From an uncultured Caldisericales bacterium (GTDB lineage: Bacteria; Caldisericota; Caldisericia; Caldisericales; Caldisericaceae): a stretch of 64,000 nucleotides of DNA. This document shows, in pieces, positions 63,710 to 64,000 of this stretch. Below the pieces are notes generated by a model. The model made no database searches, had not been told where the DNA came from, and saw only the letters and a program-made list of their open reading frames with translations. The DNA is taken from NCBI GenBank assembly GCA_964630915.1, contig CAZVYK010000001.1, positions 915,050 to 979,049 on the forward strand. The letters are read 5' to 3'. Positions within the stretch are counted from its first letter, which is position 1. Each line of letters starts with the position of its first letter. Made by a program: the position numbers and the translations under genes.

Positions 63710-64000
63710 ATGCTTCTGGAACAAATAAATAAAGATTATGTGCAGGCGATAAAGGAGAAAGACAGTGTGAAGGCAGGCGTCCTCAAGATGCTCAAGTCAA
63801 GCATCGGGTACCTGCAGATTGACAACAGGGAAAAGGCTTTGACGGACGAAGACGTGATTGCCCTCATAAAGAAAGAGATAAAGAAACACGAGGAGTCCAT
63901 CGAGATGTATAGGCAAGGCGGAAGGGAAGACCTTGCACAAAAGGAGGAAGCTGAGCTTTTGATACTCAAAAGCTACCTTCCCGCGCAGATGGGCGAGGAA
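63710..64000 (+). CDS. GatB/YqeY-domain protein, 3'-truncated at the window end
   Basis: MLLEQINKDYVQAIKEKDSVKAGVLKMLKSS... after GGAGGTGAAGA RBS. Runs off the window end. Confidence 0.6.
   Translation, partial: MLLEQINKDYVQAIKEKDSVKAGVLKMLKSSIGYLQIDNREKALTDEDVIALIKKEIKKHEESIEMYRQGGREDLAQKEEAELLILKSYLPAQMGEE

Noticed and set aside
1-64000. Mobile elements, prophage, integrases, toxin-antitoxin or defence-island hallmarks
   Set aside because: No transposase, integrase or recombinase motifs were seen in any frame, and no flanking tRNA or long direct repeats. The window looks like core chromosome with a few decayed paralogs.

Overview
A 64-kb chromosomal segment from a moderate-GC bacterium that looks anaerobic or thermophile-like, judging by a four-subunit 2-oxoacid:ferredoxin oxidoreductase, butyrate kinase, a nitroreductase, a 1-Cys peroxiredoxin and SLH and copper-amine-oxidase-N (CAO-N) surface proteins. 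The window is gene-dense on both strands and is mostly housekeeping: an esterase-folP-folK-xth cluster, fabD-fabG-fabF, a polar amino-acid ABC transporter, asnA, mscL, an ABC-F ATPase, an SPFH protein, and nth. I found no IS elements, integrases, CRISPR arrays, or tRNA/rRNA genes. The most notable signals are: (i) two tandem ~85-nt conserved elements with a covarying central hairpin, sitting between a sigma70-like promoter and an M6 (InhA-like) metalloprotease gene, which I read as a candidate novel cis-regulatory RNA; (ii) an unannotated TPP riboswitch with terminator, on the minus strand, controlling a ThiXYZ-like ABC transporter plus a co-transcribed ZIP transporter; (iii) a run of translationally coupled, start/stop-overlapping genes (buk, a deviant P-loop NTPase, korDABG, cupin, SDR, an orphan SbcD/Mre11-like nuclease, a giant secreted SLT/CAO-N protein) that I propose continues through a DUF2207 membrane protein to one strong terminator; (iv) three decayed or frameshifted genes (a permease paralog, a cupin, a Fer4 membrane protein); (v) a PadR / permease / redox-disulfide / NifX-like cluster; (vi) a secreted CAO-N protein with a dedicated ABC-2 exporter; (vii) recurring GTCATTCYGAR motif arrays flanking an adh-nth pair. 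Coordinates of starts were adjusted by eye from RBS and overlap context and should be re-derived computationally.
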